Source of the DNA: Candidatus Thalassarchaeum betae
GTDB lineage: Archaea; Thermoplasmatota; Poseidoniia; Poseidoniales; Thalassarchaeaceae
Direction: 5' to 3'
DNA length: 54,964 nucleotides
Assembly (NCBI GenBank): GCA_003193925.1
Contig: PSPG01000011.1
Location: 1-54,964, forward strand
Under the pieces are notes generated by a model. That model was given only the letters and a program-made list of their open reading frames with translations, searched no databases and had not been told where the DNA came from. Within the stretch, counting starts at the first letter, position 1; each line of letters starts with the position of its first letter. This document shows, piece by piece, positions 10,935-19,983 of the stretch. Both the position numbers and the translations under genes were made by a program.

Positions 10935-12170
10935 ATGGGGCGCGAGGACGTCGTCGTACTCGGCGGGGCTCGCACGCCGTTCTGCGAGTGGCTGGGCGGC
11001 AAGCGCGGAGACGGCGAGGCCGGGGGCCGCCTGGCTTCGGTTGCGGCCGAGGACCTCGGCTCGATAGCCATCAGTGCCGCGCTCGAGAGGACCGGGACCG
11101 ACCCATCCTCGGTCGACCACGTGGTGATGGGTCACGCGCTCCAGACCTCCAGTCAGGCGATCTTCGGAGCACGACATGCCGGCCTCAAAGCCGGGATTCC
11201 CCAAGAGGTCCCTATGCTGACGCTGAACAGGTTGTGCGGCAGCGGCGCCCAGTCGATAATCTCCGGAGCCCAAATGATCATGCTCGGCGAGGCCGAGGTC
11301 GTCGTGTCGGGCGGGATGGAGAACCTATCCCAAGCTCCCCATGTCCTGCGCGGCATGCGCGACTCCCACAAGCTAGGCAGGCCGCCACAGGAGGGCTACG
11401 AGCTGCCCAAGGACATGGAGGACTACCTGTTCACCAACCTCATCGACGGCATCTGCGGCTCGTTCATGGCCCAGACCTGCGACGAGCTGTGCCACCGCGT
11501 CGGCGTCGTGCGAGAGCAGGCCGACGAATTCGCCGCGCTGAGCCACCAGAGGACCGAGCGAAGCATCGATTCAGGACTCTTCGAGAACGAGATAGTGGCA
11601 GTCGAGACTCCCGGGGGCATGGTCACCGCCGCCGACGAAGATCACTTCGTGCGCGCAACCACCGAGGAATCGCTGTCGGGCCTGCGCCCGCACTTCGGCC
11701 CCGACTCCTTGGTGACTGCCGGCAACGCCTCGGGCGTGGTCGACGGCGCGGCTGCCGTGGTCATCAAGTCGGCCAGCAGAGCCGCTGCCGACGGTGACGA
11801 GCCGCTGGCCAGAATCGTCGATTGGGGGATCGTCGGGCTCGATCCGGCCATCATGGCCTACGGCCCGGTGCCCAGCAGCCGACTCGCGCTCGATAGGGCT
11901 GGGCTCTCGGTCAGCGACATCGACAGGTGGGAGATCAACGAGGCCTTCGCCGGCCAAGCCGTGGCCTGCATACAGGAACTCGGCATCGATGTCGATATGG
12001 TCAACGTCAACGGCGGAGCCGTCGGACTCGGACATCCGCTGGCAGCGACTGGCACGAGGCTCGTCCTGACGCTGGCCCACGAACTCAGGCGCAGTGGCGG
12101 CAGGTACGGCGTCGCCACAGCGTGCATCGGCGGCGGTCAGGGAATCGCGCTCATAATCGAGTCGATTTGA
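10935..12170 (+). CDS. Acetyl-CoA C-acyltransferase (thiolase)
   Basis: GARTPF, catalytic NRLCGSG, TAGNAS, INEAFA, GHPLAATG, CIGGGQG. Start at 10935 is inferred. Confidence 0.95.
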   Translation: MGREDVVVLGGARTPFCEWLGGKRGDGEAGGRLASVAAEDLGSIAISAALERTGTDPSSVDHVVMGHALQTSSQAIFGARHAGLKAGIPQEVPMLTLNRLCGSGAQSIISGAQMIMLGEAEVVVSGGMENLSQAPHVLRGMRDSHKLGRPPQEGYELPKDMEDYLFTNLIDGICGSFMAQTCDELCHRVGVVREQADEFAALSHQRTERSIDSGLFENEIVAVETPGGMVTAADEDHFVRATTEESLSGLRPHFGPDSLVTAGNASGVVDGAAAVVIKSASRAAADGDEPLARIVDWGIVGLDPAIMAYGPVPSSRLALDRAGLSVSDIDRWEINEAFAGQAVACIQELGIDVDMVNVNGGAVGLGHPLAATGTRLVLTLAHELRRSGGRYGVATACIGGGQGIALIIESI

Positions 12171-12239
12171 TCGTTTTTCCGTAGGTTACGCCGTAGGAGG
12201 AGTTATCCTGCAGACCGCCTTGCAGAGCACAGTGATAAC

Positions 12240-12530
12240 ATGACCGAACACACCATCACCAAGCACATCGAAGGAACGGGACACGCAAACAGGAAACGCA
12301 GTCTGGTGAAGACCTGTTCATGGAGAATCCTCGCGTCGACGGACACCGTCATAATCGCCAGAGTCCTCACCGGAAGCTGGACGATAGGTCTCAGCATAGC
12401 CAGCATCGAGATAGTTACCAAGATGATACTGTACTACCTGCACGAGCGCGGTTGGAGCTCGTTGGATTGGGGCCTAGAGGACGTCGATGTAGATGTAACT
12501 GCCCTGGCAGACCCTCGCCCCGTTCATTGA
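12240..12530 (+). CDS. DUF2061 family small membrane protein
   Basis: RSLVKTCSWRILASTDT...KMILYYLHERGW family pattern. Confidence 0.85.
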   Translation: MTEHTITKHIEGTGHANRKRSLVKTCSWRILASTDTVIIARVLTGSWTIGLSIASIEIVTKMILYYLHERGWSSLDWGLEDVDVDVTALADPRPVH

Positions 12531-12533
12531 GAT

Positions 12534-12553
12534 GCGCCCCGAGGGCGCTTCTT
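12534..12553 (+). terminator. GC hairpin followed by a short T tract after the first DUF2061 gene
   Basis: GCGCCC-CGA-GGGCGC then TTCTT, starting 4 nt after the stop. Confidence 0.35.
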
Positions 12554-12687
12554 GATGGAGCCCACTGGACGGGGGTACTGATTCGGAAGAAACTCCCTCT
12601 GCAGTTTGTGCGTGAGTGAAGGGCCATTAGCCTAGGCAGTCGACCGTATAGGTTAATTGAGATGCGAACGCCGTCCCGTCCGTCAGC

Positions 12688-12984
12688 ATGGGGGAGACTC
12701 GCTCTAGGAGCTTTTTGAAGGCGGTCAGCTGGAGAGTCATCGCAACCCTGACCGGCACAGGGCTCGTGCTGCTTTTCACAGGCGATACCGGCTTGGCCGA
12801 AAAGTTCCTGGTAGCAGACATCTTGCTCAAGTTGCTGTTCTACTATATGCATGAGAGAGGTTGGGCTATGGTCACATGGGGCAAGATCGTAGGCTCTAGC
12901 CCCGAACCACGTAGGCAGTCCGTGTCGACCGGTGCGCCAAGTGCGCCGAGGGGCGTTTGGGCTCAGCGAGCTCGCAGTCCGTGA
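12688..12984 (+). CDS. DUF2061 family small membrane protein (second paralog)
   Basis: ETRSRSFLKAVSWRVIAT...KLLFYYMHERGW; TTAATT box upstream. Confidence 0.85.
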   Translation: MGETRSRSFLKAVSWRVIATLTGTGLVLLFTGDTGLAEKFLVADILLKLLFYYMHERGWAMVTWGKIVGSSPEPRRQSVSTGAPSAPRGVWAQRARSP

Positions 12985-13021
12985 CCTTCCGACTGGCACA
13001 CAGGCGCCGACTGGTGAATCT

Positions 13022-15751
13022 TCACTCCGGCATGAACCAGTGTTCCTTCCTAGGGGGCAGCGGCCGCTTCATCCACAGCGGGCGACGCTCGCCCCTCGGG
13101 TGGGTCTCGCGCTGCTTGGCCATCTCGTTCCAGCGCTTGTAGTACTCGAATGACTTGTTGGTGTCCACTTCGACATCTCCGTACCTCTCATCGGGACCGG
13201 GACGGCTCAGTCGAACCTTCTGCAGCCAGCAGTGGGCACCGCTGATCGGGTCCGGCTGCACTGCGTGCGTGATGTTCTGATGGACCCCGCCGTCCCTCCA
13301 CCAAATTCTGTTCGTGTCGGGGTCGTCCGACTTCCATGGCCGGACTCCCGAAACGGTCCTCATGCGCATCCTGCCATCACCGAGGTCCTCGATGGCGACC
13401 TCGTTGGTCAGGAAGCGGTTGCCACGGTCCTGGCTGCGCCTCCAGCGCCCGATGTGGTGCGAGCAGCCCACCACTCCGGGCTTGATGCCCTCAGTGACCC
13501 AGACCTTGTCGACGAACCAGCCGATCTCGGTCTCGATCTTGAGAAGGTCGCCTTCGGCCACGCCGAGCTTGGCGGCGTCCTTCGGGTGGATCCATATCGG
13601 ATTGCGATGGCCGATCTCGGCCAGCCACTTGGAGTTGGCAGAGCGCGAGTGGATGTGCTGGGGCAGGCGAAAGTTGGGGAGCAGGCAGTACTCGTCCTCG
13701 CCCGACAGGTTCGACGGGTGGACGTGGCTGCGGATGCGGTAGTGAGGGATGGCATGCTCGGGATAGCCGAACTCGACCATGGTCTGCGAGTATAGCTCCT
13801 GCTTGCCGCTCGGTGTCGGCCAGCCCTCGTCCTCGTGCTTGGAGTAGGTAGCGGGCTCGATGAGGAAGGCGCCGTGCTTGCGCATGTAGCCGAGCGCGTC
13901 TAGGCCCTCTTTGGCAGCTGTCTCGGGCAGGCCTGGAACGCGCTCGAAGGTGTACCGGTAGTACTCGTCGATGGTTATCTTCTCGCCTTCGCGGTATGGG
14001 CTTTCGAAGTGCTCGCGGATGCCCATCGTGCCGTCGTCGATGCGCCACGACAGCTCGTTCCAGAACTCGTCCTCCTCCCAGACCTCGCCGGGATTGACTT
14101 CGTGCGTGAACTCGACCTCGCGTCCCTCGCGGCGAGCGTACTCGCGGAGCACCGGCTGGCGGAACGCCACCCACTTGCCTGCAGAGGTCGCGTAGGAGTT
14201 GATGTCATGGCGCTCGGAGGCGTGCCCCATCGGCAGCACGTAATCGGCGAAGAAGGCGGTCTCGTTCCAAGTCGGCGTCAGAGCGATATGGCAGCCGACC
14301 GCCTCCTCGTTCTCCAGCATCTCGATCCACGAGAAGCCGTCGGGGTAGGTCCACACCGGGTTGAAGACGCGCGTGAAGTAGACGTCCATGGTGCCACGGC
14401 CGTCTTTGACGAGATGTGGCAGGATGGGGCTCATCTCGTAGTGCGAGAGGGTGTACTCGGGCGGGTAGTGCAATTCGTTCCAGCCGTCTGGGTCGGGTGG
14501 ATTGTCGAACAGTTCGGGCTTGAACTTGGACCACGAGTCCGGTGCGGTGCCGCCCTCGGTGCCCACACTGCCTGTCAGCACATTCAGTAGGTGCAGGGTG
14601 CGGGCGGCCTGCCAGCCGCCCAGATTGCCTATCGCAGCAGCGCGCCAGACGTGGGTACACAGGCGGCTGCCTGCGTTGATGACCGCCTCGCCGGCCTCGA
14701 TGACCTGTTCGACCGGTATTCGGCACTCCTCGGCGGCGAACTCGGGCGTGTACTCGGCATACTCCTGGAGCAGCAGCTCGATGAAGCGCTCGAAGGTACG
14801 CGGCTCGTCAGGATGCGCTGCATCGAGCCACATCTCCCAGTTGACCCAATTCTGCATGAACTTGCGGTCGTAGAGGCCGCGCTCGAGTATCATCTTCGCC
14901 CAGGCGAGGAAGAGCGCAGGCTCGGAGCCCGGCCATGTAGGCAGCCAGTGGTCGGCCATGGCCGCAGTGTTGGACAGGCGTGGGTCGATGACGATGAGCT
15001 TGGCACCATCCATCATCCCCTCGAGGATCCGCTGCGCGTGCGGATTGAAGTAGTGCCCAGTCTCAAGGTGCGAGGAGGTCAGCAGGATGACCTTCGCGTT
15101 GGCGTGGTCGGGCGAGGGGCGGTCGTGCTTGTGCCACAGCCCGTACCCGAGCCGCGCGCCGGCGGAGCAGATGTTCGTGTGGCTGTTGTGCCCGTCGACG
15201 CCCCATGCCTTCAGAATCCGGTTCGTGTAGCCCTCGTGACCCGGTCTGCCCACGTGGTAGACGACCCTGTCCTTGGCCCCTGTCTTCAGCGAGGCGCGGA
15301 TCTTCGCTGATATCTCGTCGAGCGCCTCGTCCCACGAGATGCGCTCCCAGCCCCCGGCGCCGCGCCGGCCGATGCGGCGCATCGGATGCATGATGCGCTC
15401 GGTGTCCTGGATCTGGTTGATCGTCGCCGGGCCCTTGGCGCAGGTGCGACCACGGCTTCCGGGGTGCTGCGGGTTGCCCTCGAACTTGGTGACCTGGCCG
15501 GACTCCTTGTCGACGTAGGCCAGCATCCCGCACGCCGACTCGCAGTTGAAGCAGGTCGTCGGCACCAGCGAGTAACGACGCTCGACGCGTTTCGGCCACT
15601 CATTGGCGTCGAGCTCGACGTGGTCGTGCCAGTCATCGGGAGAGGGGAACTTACGCAGTGCAGCGCCACTCTCCTGGGAGTGCTCGCGATCGAGGTTCGG
15701 GATGATGCGCAGTTTCTGCGCCAGCTCCTCGACGAGACTGTCCGCCATCAT
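13022..15751 (-). CDS. Molybdopterin (DMSO-reductase family) oxidoreductase catalytic subunit, Psr/Phs/Arr-like, no Tat signal
   Basis: FS0 motif CFNCESAC...CAKG, RISWDEAL, SHTNICS putative Mo-ligand region, IDPRLSNTA, ADYVLP, C-terminal IWIHPKDAAKLGV domain. Confidence 0.9.
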   Translation of the reverse strand: MMADSLVEELAQKLRIIPNLDREHSQESGAALRKFPSPDDWHDHVELDANEWPKRVERRYSLVPTTCFNCESACGMLAYVDKESGQVTKFEGNPQHPGSRGRTCAKGPATINQIQDTERIMHPMRRIGRRGAGGWERISWDEALDEISAKIRASLKTGAKDRVVYHVGRPGHEGYTNRILKAWGVDGHNSHTNICSAGARLGYGLWHKHDRPSPDHANAKVILLTSSHLETGHYFNPHAQRILEGMMDGAKLIVIDPRLSNTAAMADHWLPTWPGSEPALFLAWAKMILERGLYDRKFMQNWVNWEMWLDAAHPDEPRTFERFIELLLQEYAEYTPEFAAEECRIPVEQVIEAGEAVINAGSRLCTHVWRAAAIGNLGGWQAARTLHLLNVLTGSVGTEGGTAPDSWSKFKPELFDNPPDPDGWNELHYPPEYTLSHYEMSPILPHLVKDGRGTMDVYFTRVFNPVWTYPDGFSWIEMLENEEAVGCHIALTPTWNETAFFADYVLPMGHASERHDINSYATSAGKWVAFRQPVLREYARREGREVEFTHEVNPGEVWEEDEFWNELSWRIDDGTMGIREHFESPYREGEKITIDEYYRYTFERVPGLPETAAKEGLDALGYMRKHGAFLIEPATYSKHEDEGWPTPSGKQELYSQTMVEFGYPEHAIPHYRIRSHVHPSNLSGEDEYCLLPNFRLPQHIHSRSANSKWLAEIGHRNPIWIHPKDAAKLGVAEGDLLKIETEIGWFVDKVWVTEGIKPGVVGCSHHIGRWRRSQDRGNRFLTNEVAIEDLGDGRMRMRTVSGVRPWKSDDPDTNRIWWRDGGVHQNITHAVQPDPISGAHCWLQKVRLSRPGPDERYGDVEVDTNKSFEYYKRWNEMAKQRETHPRGERRPLWMKRPLPPRKEHWFMPE

Positions 15752-15757
15752 CTCACC

Positions 15758-17170
15758 TCAATGCAGGGTCTCCATCTGCGGCTCCATCACCACTCGCTTG
15801 CCGTGCAGCCACGCCGCGGCGAGCAGCACGAGCCCGGCGACGACCGCAATCGGCTCGCGAAGCACCATCGGAATGAACACCGCCGCACCGACCACCATCG
15901 TCTCGATGAGGAACTTGAGCGGCAGCATCCCGTCCTCGGACCACGACCTGCCCTTGGCCTGCTGGAACAACCACGCGGTGTAGACGCCGGTGAGGGCTGC
16001 GAGCGGAATTCCGGCATAGGCGAGGTAAGTCAGGAGCGACCGGTCGAGCCCCATGTACAGCACAGCGGCGCTGGCCGCCAGAACCGCTCCGAATCCAGCG
16101 AGGACGTAGGCGCCCTTGACCAGCCAAGAGTCCCAATTGGGGCGCAACAGGACGTAGAGGAAGCGCTCGGGCCTGTCTAGGTCGACGACCAGCAGAATCC
16201 CGGTGACCGTTAGGAAGCCGAGTCCGATACCAAGCGTAGACCACCACAACTCGTCAGTCATCTCGACTTGGCCTGAGAGCATAGCCAGCATGGCGACGAT
16301 GTAGGTCCCGGATGCGATGGCCTTGGTCCAGATGTAGGCAGAGACCTCCCAGCCCCACAGAATCCCCTTCGATGGCTGGTCATAGGATCGCTTGGCGCGA
16401 CCAGCCTCGTCGTCCAACTTGGCCATCACATCGCGGATGATGGCTTTGTCACGAGGGGCTGCGGCGCGGGCCTTCTTCTCCAGTGCCAACTGCACGATCA
16501 TCGAATTGGTGTCAGCAGCACCCGCCCTCTCCTCGGCGTACTTGGCGAAGTGCCCGACCCCCGCCGCCTGGTCCGTCCAGAGGTACGCCCCATCACGCTC
16601 GGTGGCGTGCGGGTCGAGCATCTCCTCGCTGGCCTCGATGTAGAACACGTTGGGCTTGGCGCCTGACTCGGGCTTGCGCACGGTGGTTACGTGGTCGCGA
16701 ACGTAGCCCGAGATCGATGAGTTCGGATCATCCAGGTCTCCTGAGATGATAGCCTCGGTCGGGCAGACGATTACGCAGGAGGGCTCGTAGGACTCCTCGA
16801 TGCGGTGTGCGCAGTAGTTGCACTTGGCTGCAGTGCCTTTGTTCGGGTCGATGTACAGGGCGTCGTAGGGACAGGCCTGCATGCATGACTTGCAGCCTAT
16901 GCAGCGCTCGTCATCGAAGTCGACGATGCCGTCCTCGCGAGTGAAGAGAGCGGTCGTCGGGCAGATCGTCGTGCATGGCGCGTCTTCGCAGTGGTTGCAG
17001 CGGTGGACGCTGAACTCGCGGGTGACGTCTGGATACTCCCCCTTCTCGATGTACTTGACATGGGTGCGGTTGACGCCGATCGGGATGTCGTGCTCGGACT
17101 TGCAGGCGATCGTGCAGGCATGGCAGCCGATGCACTTTCGATTGTCTATCACGAAGCCGTAGTTCACCAT
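15758..17170 (-). CDS. Fused 4x[4Fe-4S] electron-transfer subunit (DmsB/PsrB-like) and NrfD/PsrC-type membrane anchor
   Basis: CIGCHACTIAC, CNHCEDAPCTTICP, CIGCKSCMQACP, KCNYC...CVIVCP, followed by WGWEVSAY and DLDRPERF NrfD motifs and TM helices. Confidence 0.9.
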   Translation of the reverse strand: MVNYGFVIDNRKCIGCHACTIACKSEHDIPIGVNRTHVKYIEKGEYPDVTREFSVHRCNHCEDAPCTTICPTTALFTREDGIVDFDDERCIGCKSCMQACPYDALYIDPNKGTAAKCNYCAHRIEESYEPSCVIVCPTEAIISGDLDDPNSSISGYVRDHVTTVRKPESGAKPNVFYIEASEEMLDPHATERDGAYLWTDQAAGVGHFAKYAEERAGAADTNSMIVQLALEKKARAAAPRDKAIIRDVMAKLDDEAGRAKRSYDQPSKGILWGWEVSAYIWTKAIASGTYIVAMLAMLSGQVEMTDELWWSTLGIGLGFLTVTGILLVVDLDRPERFLYVLLRPNWDSWLVKGAYVLAGFGAVLAASAAVLYMGLDRSLLTYLAYAGIPLAALTGVYTAWLFQQAKGRSWSEDGMLPLKFLIETMVVGAAVFIPMVLREPIAVVAGLVLLAAAWLHGKRVVMEPQMETLH

Positions 17171-17171
17171 G

Positions 17172-17207
17172 GTCCGCCCTCTATGAGGGCGGACAGCCTA
17201 ACTAGGC
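17172..17207. promoter_or_regulatory. Two tandem inverted repeats directly upstream of the molybdoenzyme operon start codon
   Basis: GTCCGCCCTC-TAT-GAGGGCGGAC (perfect 10-bp arms, 17172-17194) and GCCTA-AC-TAGGC (17196-17207). Confidence 0.5.
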
Positions 17208-17227
17208 AATTGAGCCTTCGCTAGGAC

Positions 17228-18415
17228 TCAGAGGAAGTTGATCCATGCGATTCCAGCGGCTGCAATCCAGGTTCCGGCCACCGACCCTAGGTTGCCCAAG
17301 GCAGTAACCAGCAGGACTTTGCCGACCCGGTTCTTCCAGAACAGCGAGAATTCATCCAGGGCTAGGAAGTCCCGTGCGTCCTTGCCGGTAGGTGCATCAA
17401 TCTTGAGTTGAGTGTATCCTGCGAACCAGCCAGCAGCGACGAATGGGTTTAGTGAGGTGAGAGGCGATGCCAGGGCTCCGACTATCACTGAAAGCGGGTG
17501 CCCGCGAGCTATGATGACACCCAGTCCCGTCAGCCCGGCATTGACGGCGATCCAGATTTCGAACGTCTCCCTGAGGTCGTTAAGTTCCCCGTTGTAAGCG
17601 AGCCACGCCACCACAGACAAGAGGAGGATCGGGATGGCTGCGACGAGCAGCTTGGGCCAGATTGGCTTTGACGGTTCCTCGTTGAGCTCGGCCAGCCTTG
17701 AGGTAGTCTCCATCGCAGGCTCTGCGAGTTGCTGCACGACCCCGCTCAGATGGCCTGCCCCGACAACAGCGAGCACCCTACCCTTGCCGCGTATCTGCTG
17801 CAGCCTGCCAGCTAGGAAAGCGTCCCTCTCATCGATGAGCACCGAGCCGGCACCCGGTGCCACCTCGCGGGCCTCTTCCATCAGGTTGCTCAGCATGTCC
17901 GAGTCCTCGAGCAGCTCCTCCACGCTGGCTTCGTCCTCGTCCTCCTCCTGCCAGAGGAAGGCATCCATGACTCGGAACTTCTCCCTGAGCCCCATTTTGG
18001 ACCAGGCCCTGCGCAGCGTGACGATGACGTCCCTGTCGATCAGCTCAACGGGGATGCCCGCCTCCTCTGCCGCCTCGATCGCTGCCAGCAGCTCAGCGCC
18101 CGGTTTCTCGCCGGTGGCGACCCCCATCCGGCGCTGCTCGGCGGCCAGCGCCGACTGCAGGAGGATCATGTGGGACTTGCCCTCGTTGATTATCTCGAGC
18201 AGGTCCTCGTTCTCCAGGGACTCAGGCTCGACCAGAGAGGCCCTCCTCGACTCGCACAGCTCCACTGCCAACAGATCTGGCCCCCACTCCTCTATCTGCT
18301 GGCGGACCAGGGCGACAGAGGCGCTGCTGATGTGAGCGGTGCCGACGAGTCTCAGGTTCTCATCGATGTCGACTACGTTCTTCGTTTGGCCGTCCGCCTG
18401 CCACTCTGGATCCAT
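17228..18415 (-). CDS. TraB/PrgY-domain (TraB/GumN family) membrane protein
   Basis: LVGTAHIS, AVELCESR, KPGAEL, LIDRDV, LIDERD, VVGAGHL, C-terminal TM region with GHPLS and AAGWFAG. Confidence 0.9.
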   Translation of the reverse strand: MDPEWQADGQTKNVVDIDENLRLVGTAHISSASVALVRQQIEEWGPDLLAVELCESRRASLVEPESLENEDLLEIINEGKSHMILLQSALAAEQRRMGVATGEKPGAELLAAIEAAEEAGIPVELIDRDVIVTLRRAWSKMGLREKFRVMDAFLWQEEDEDEASVEELLEDSDMLSNLMEEAREVAPGAGSVLIDERDAFLAGRLQQIRGKGRVLAVVGAGHLSGVVQQLAEPAMETTSRLAELNEEPSKPIWPKLLVAAIPILLLSVVAWLAYNGELNDLRETFEIWIAVNAGLTGLGVIIARGHPLSVIVGALASPLTSLNPFVAAGWFAGYTQLKIDAPTGKDARDFLALDEFSLFWKNRVGKVLLVTALGNLGSVAGTWIAAAGIAWINFL

Positions 18416-19255
18416 TCACCCACCTTCCAATGCGGACATCGCAGCGAACAGGTCGGCGTGCTCGGCGACGTCGTGGACCCTGATGATGTCCACGCCCCGA
18501 CCGACCGCCTTGGCAGCCACCCCGAGCGTGCCAGCCAGCCTCTCCCGGGTGTCTTCCCTACCGAGCAGGTGGTGAAACATGGTCTTGCGGCTGACCCCCC
18601 ACATCAGGGCCATCCGATGGTCGGGGACGACTTCGCGTCCGGCGGCGAGCAGCGCCAGATTGTGCTCGAGGCTCTTGCCGAATCCGATGCCCGGGTCAGC
18701 GATCACCATTTCTGGCTCGACACCCATATCGAACAGGCTCCGGGAGGCATTGCCCAGGACCCTCCTGACCTCGGCGACGACATCACCGTAGCCAGGGTCG
18801 TCCTGCATGCTCTCCGGCAGGCCCTGCATGTGCATGATGCAGACCGGGCAACCGTGCTCCGAGACGACATCGACCATCTCTGGATCAGATAGCGCTGAGA
18901 CGTCGTTCACCATGTCGGCACCAGCATCCAGAGCGGCCCTAGCTACACCCGCTCTGCGCGTGTCGATCGAGATGCAGGCGCTTGGGAGGGCGTTCCGTAT
19001 GGCCTCGACGACAGGAATCGCCCTGCGGACCTCCTCGGAGGGGTCGACGGGGGCGGCTCCTGGACGGGTCGACTCGCCCCCAACGTCGATCAACTCAGCC
19101 CCGTTGCGGACCATGTCCGAGGCCCTTCTGACGGCCTCTTCGAGCGAGGCGACCCTCGAATCGGCGTGAAATGAGTCCGGAGTGAGGTTCAGAACCCCCA
19201 TAATCCGTGGGATTCCACCGTTCCGGCGATTTAGTATAGGTCGCCAGTCGGCCAT
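18416..19255 (-). CDS. folP: Dihydropteroate synthase
   Basis: IMGVLNLTPDSF, DVGGESTRPG, SIDT, NDVS, MHMQG, DPGIGFGK, GVSRK, IIRVHDV. Confidence 0.95.
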   Translation of the reverse strand: MADWRPILNRRNGGIPRIMGVLNLTPDSFHADSRVASLEEAVRRASDMVRNGAELIDVGGESTRPGAAPVDPSEEVRRAIPVVEAIRNALPSACISIDTRRAGVARAALDAGADMVNDVSALSDPEMVDVVSEHGCPVCIMHMQGLPESMQDDPGYGDVVAEVRRVLGNASRSLFDMGVEPEMVIADPGIGFGKSLEHNLALLAAGREVVPDHRMALMWGVSRKTMFHHLLGREDTRERLAGTLGVAAKAVGRGVDIIRVHDVAEHADLFAAMSALEGG

Positions 19256-19310
19256 CTTGTTGCTCCCATCCGTCGCATGCTTTATGATGTGACGGAGAGG
19301 CAATCCATTG

Positions 19311-19979
19311 ATGGTTCTAGGGGGGGGCAGGCTCGATGATGGGGCACCCGCTGCTGAACCCGCTGCTGAGGCAGCGGAGATCGACGATGCCCCGACGGCG
19401 TACAATCTGGAGCTGATGGAGTCAATCATCCAGCGCCTCCAGCCCAACGACAGGCATCAGATTCGCGACATGATTTCAGAGAGAGCCCGCATGTCAGGCG
19501 CCTTAGGGATGGCCTGCGTGCTGTTCTGGTGGGTCTCGGTTCAAATGGGCGGCGACTCTTTGGGCGATGCTGACATCCCTGCCTCCCTAATAGGAAAATT
19601 CGACTTCCACCAATTGAGCCTGCTCGTACCGGCTCTGGTCGTGGTCGCCACCATCATGACATCCATAGGCAGGGAGAAAGGACAGGCTTCCACTTCCAAC
19701 GTCGGAGGAATCCTGGCTATACTCGCTCTGTTCTACATCCTCGAGCCCATAGGGATGATGACGCTCACCGGAAATGTCGATGCACAGACTGTGGCAGTCG
19801 CTTCAGGCAGACTAGCCACAATCGCCGTGTTGATCCACCTCGCGACGAAGATGATGATCGACTCGCTGCTGCTCGAGTGGGTGAGGACCACGATGATGAA
19901 CATGGATATCGACTTATTCCCCAAGCAGCAGGACTCCGGAGAGGAGAGTCATGCTGATGAGGCACCGCCCCTCGCGTGA
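19311..19979 (+). CDS. Hypothetical membrane protein (about 4 TM)
   Basis: Clean ORF with hydrophobic helices, divergent from folP, TTTAT box about 30 nt upstream. Confidence 0.75.
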   Translation: MVLGGGRLDDGAPAAEPAAEAAEIDDAPTAYNLELMESIIQRLQPNDRHQIRDMISERARMSGALGMACVLFWWVSVQMGGDSLGDADIPASLIGKFDFHQLSLLVPALVVVATIMTSIGREKGQASTSNVGGILAILALFYILEPIGMMTLTGNVDAQTVAVASGRLATIAVLIHLATKMMIDSLLLEWVRTTMMNMDIDLFPKQQDSGEESHADEAPPLA

Positions 19980-19983
19980 GTGC

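Noticed and set aside
13022-15751. Calling the Mo enzyme a formate dehydrogenase, nitrate reductase or selenoprotein
   Set aside because: It lacks the FDH C/U-H active-site pair, has no in-frame TGA, and its ligand region resembles the Psr/Arr type.
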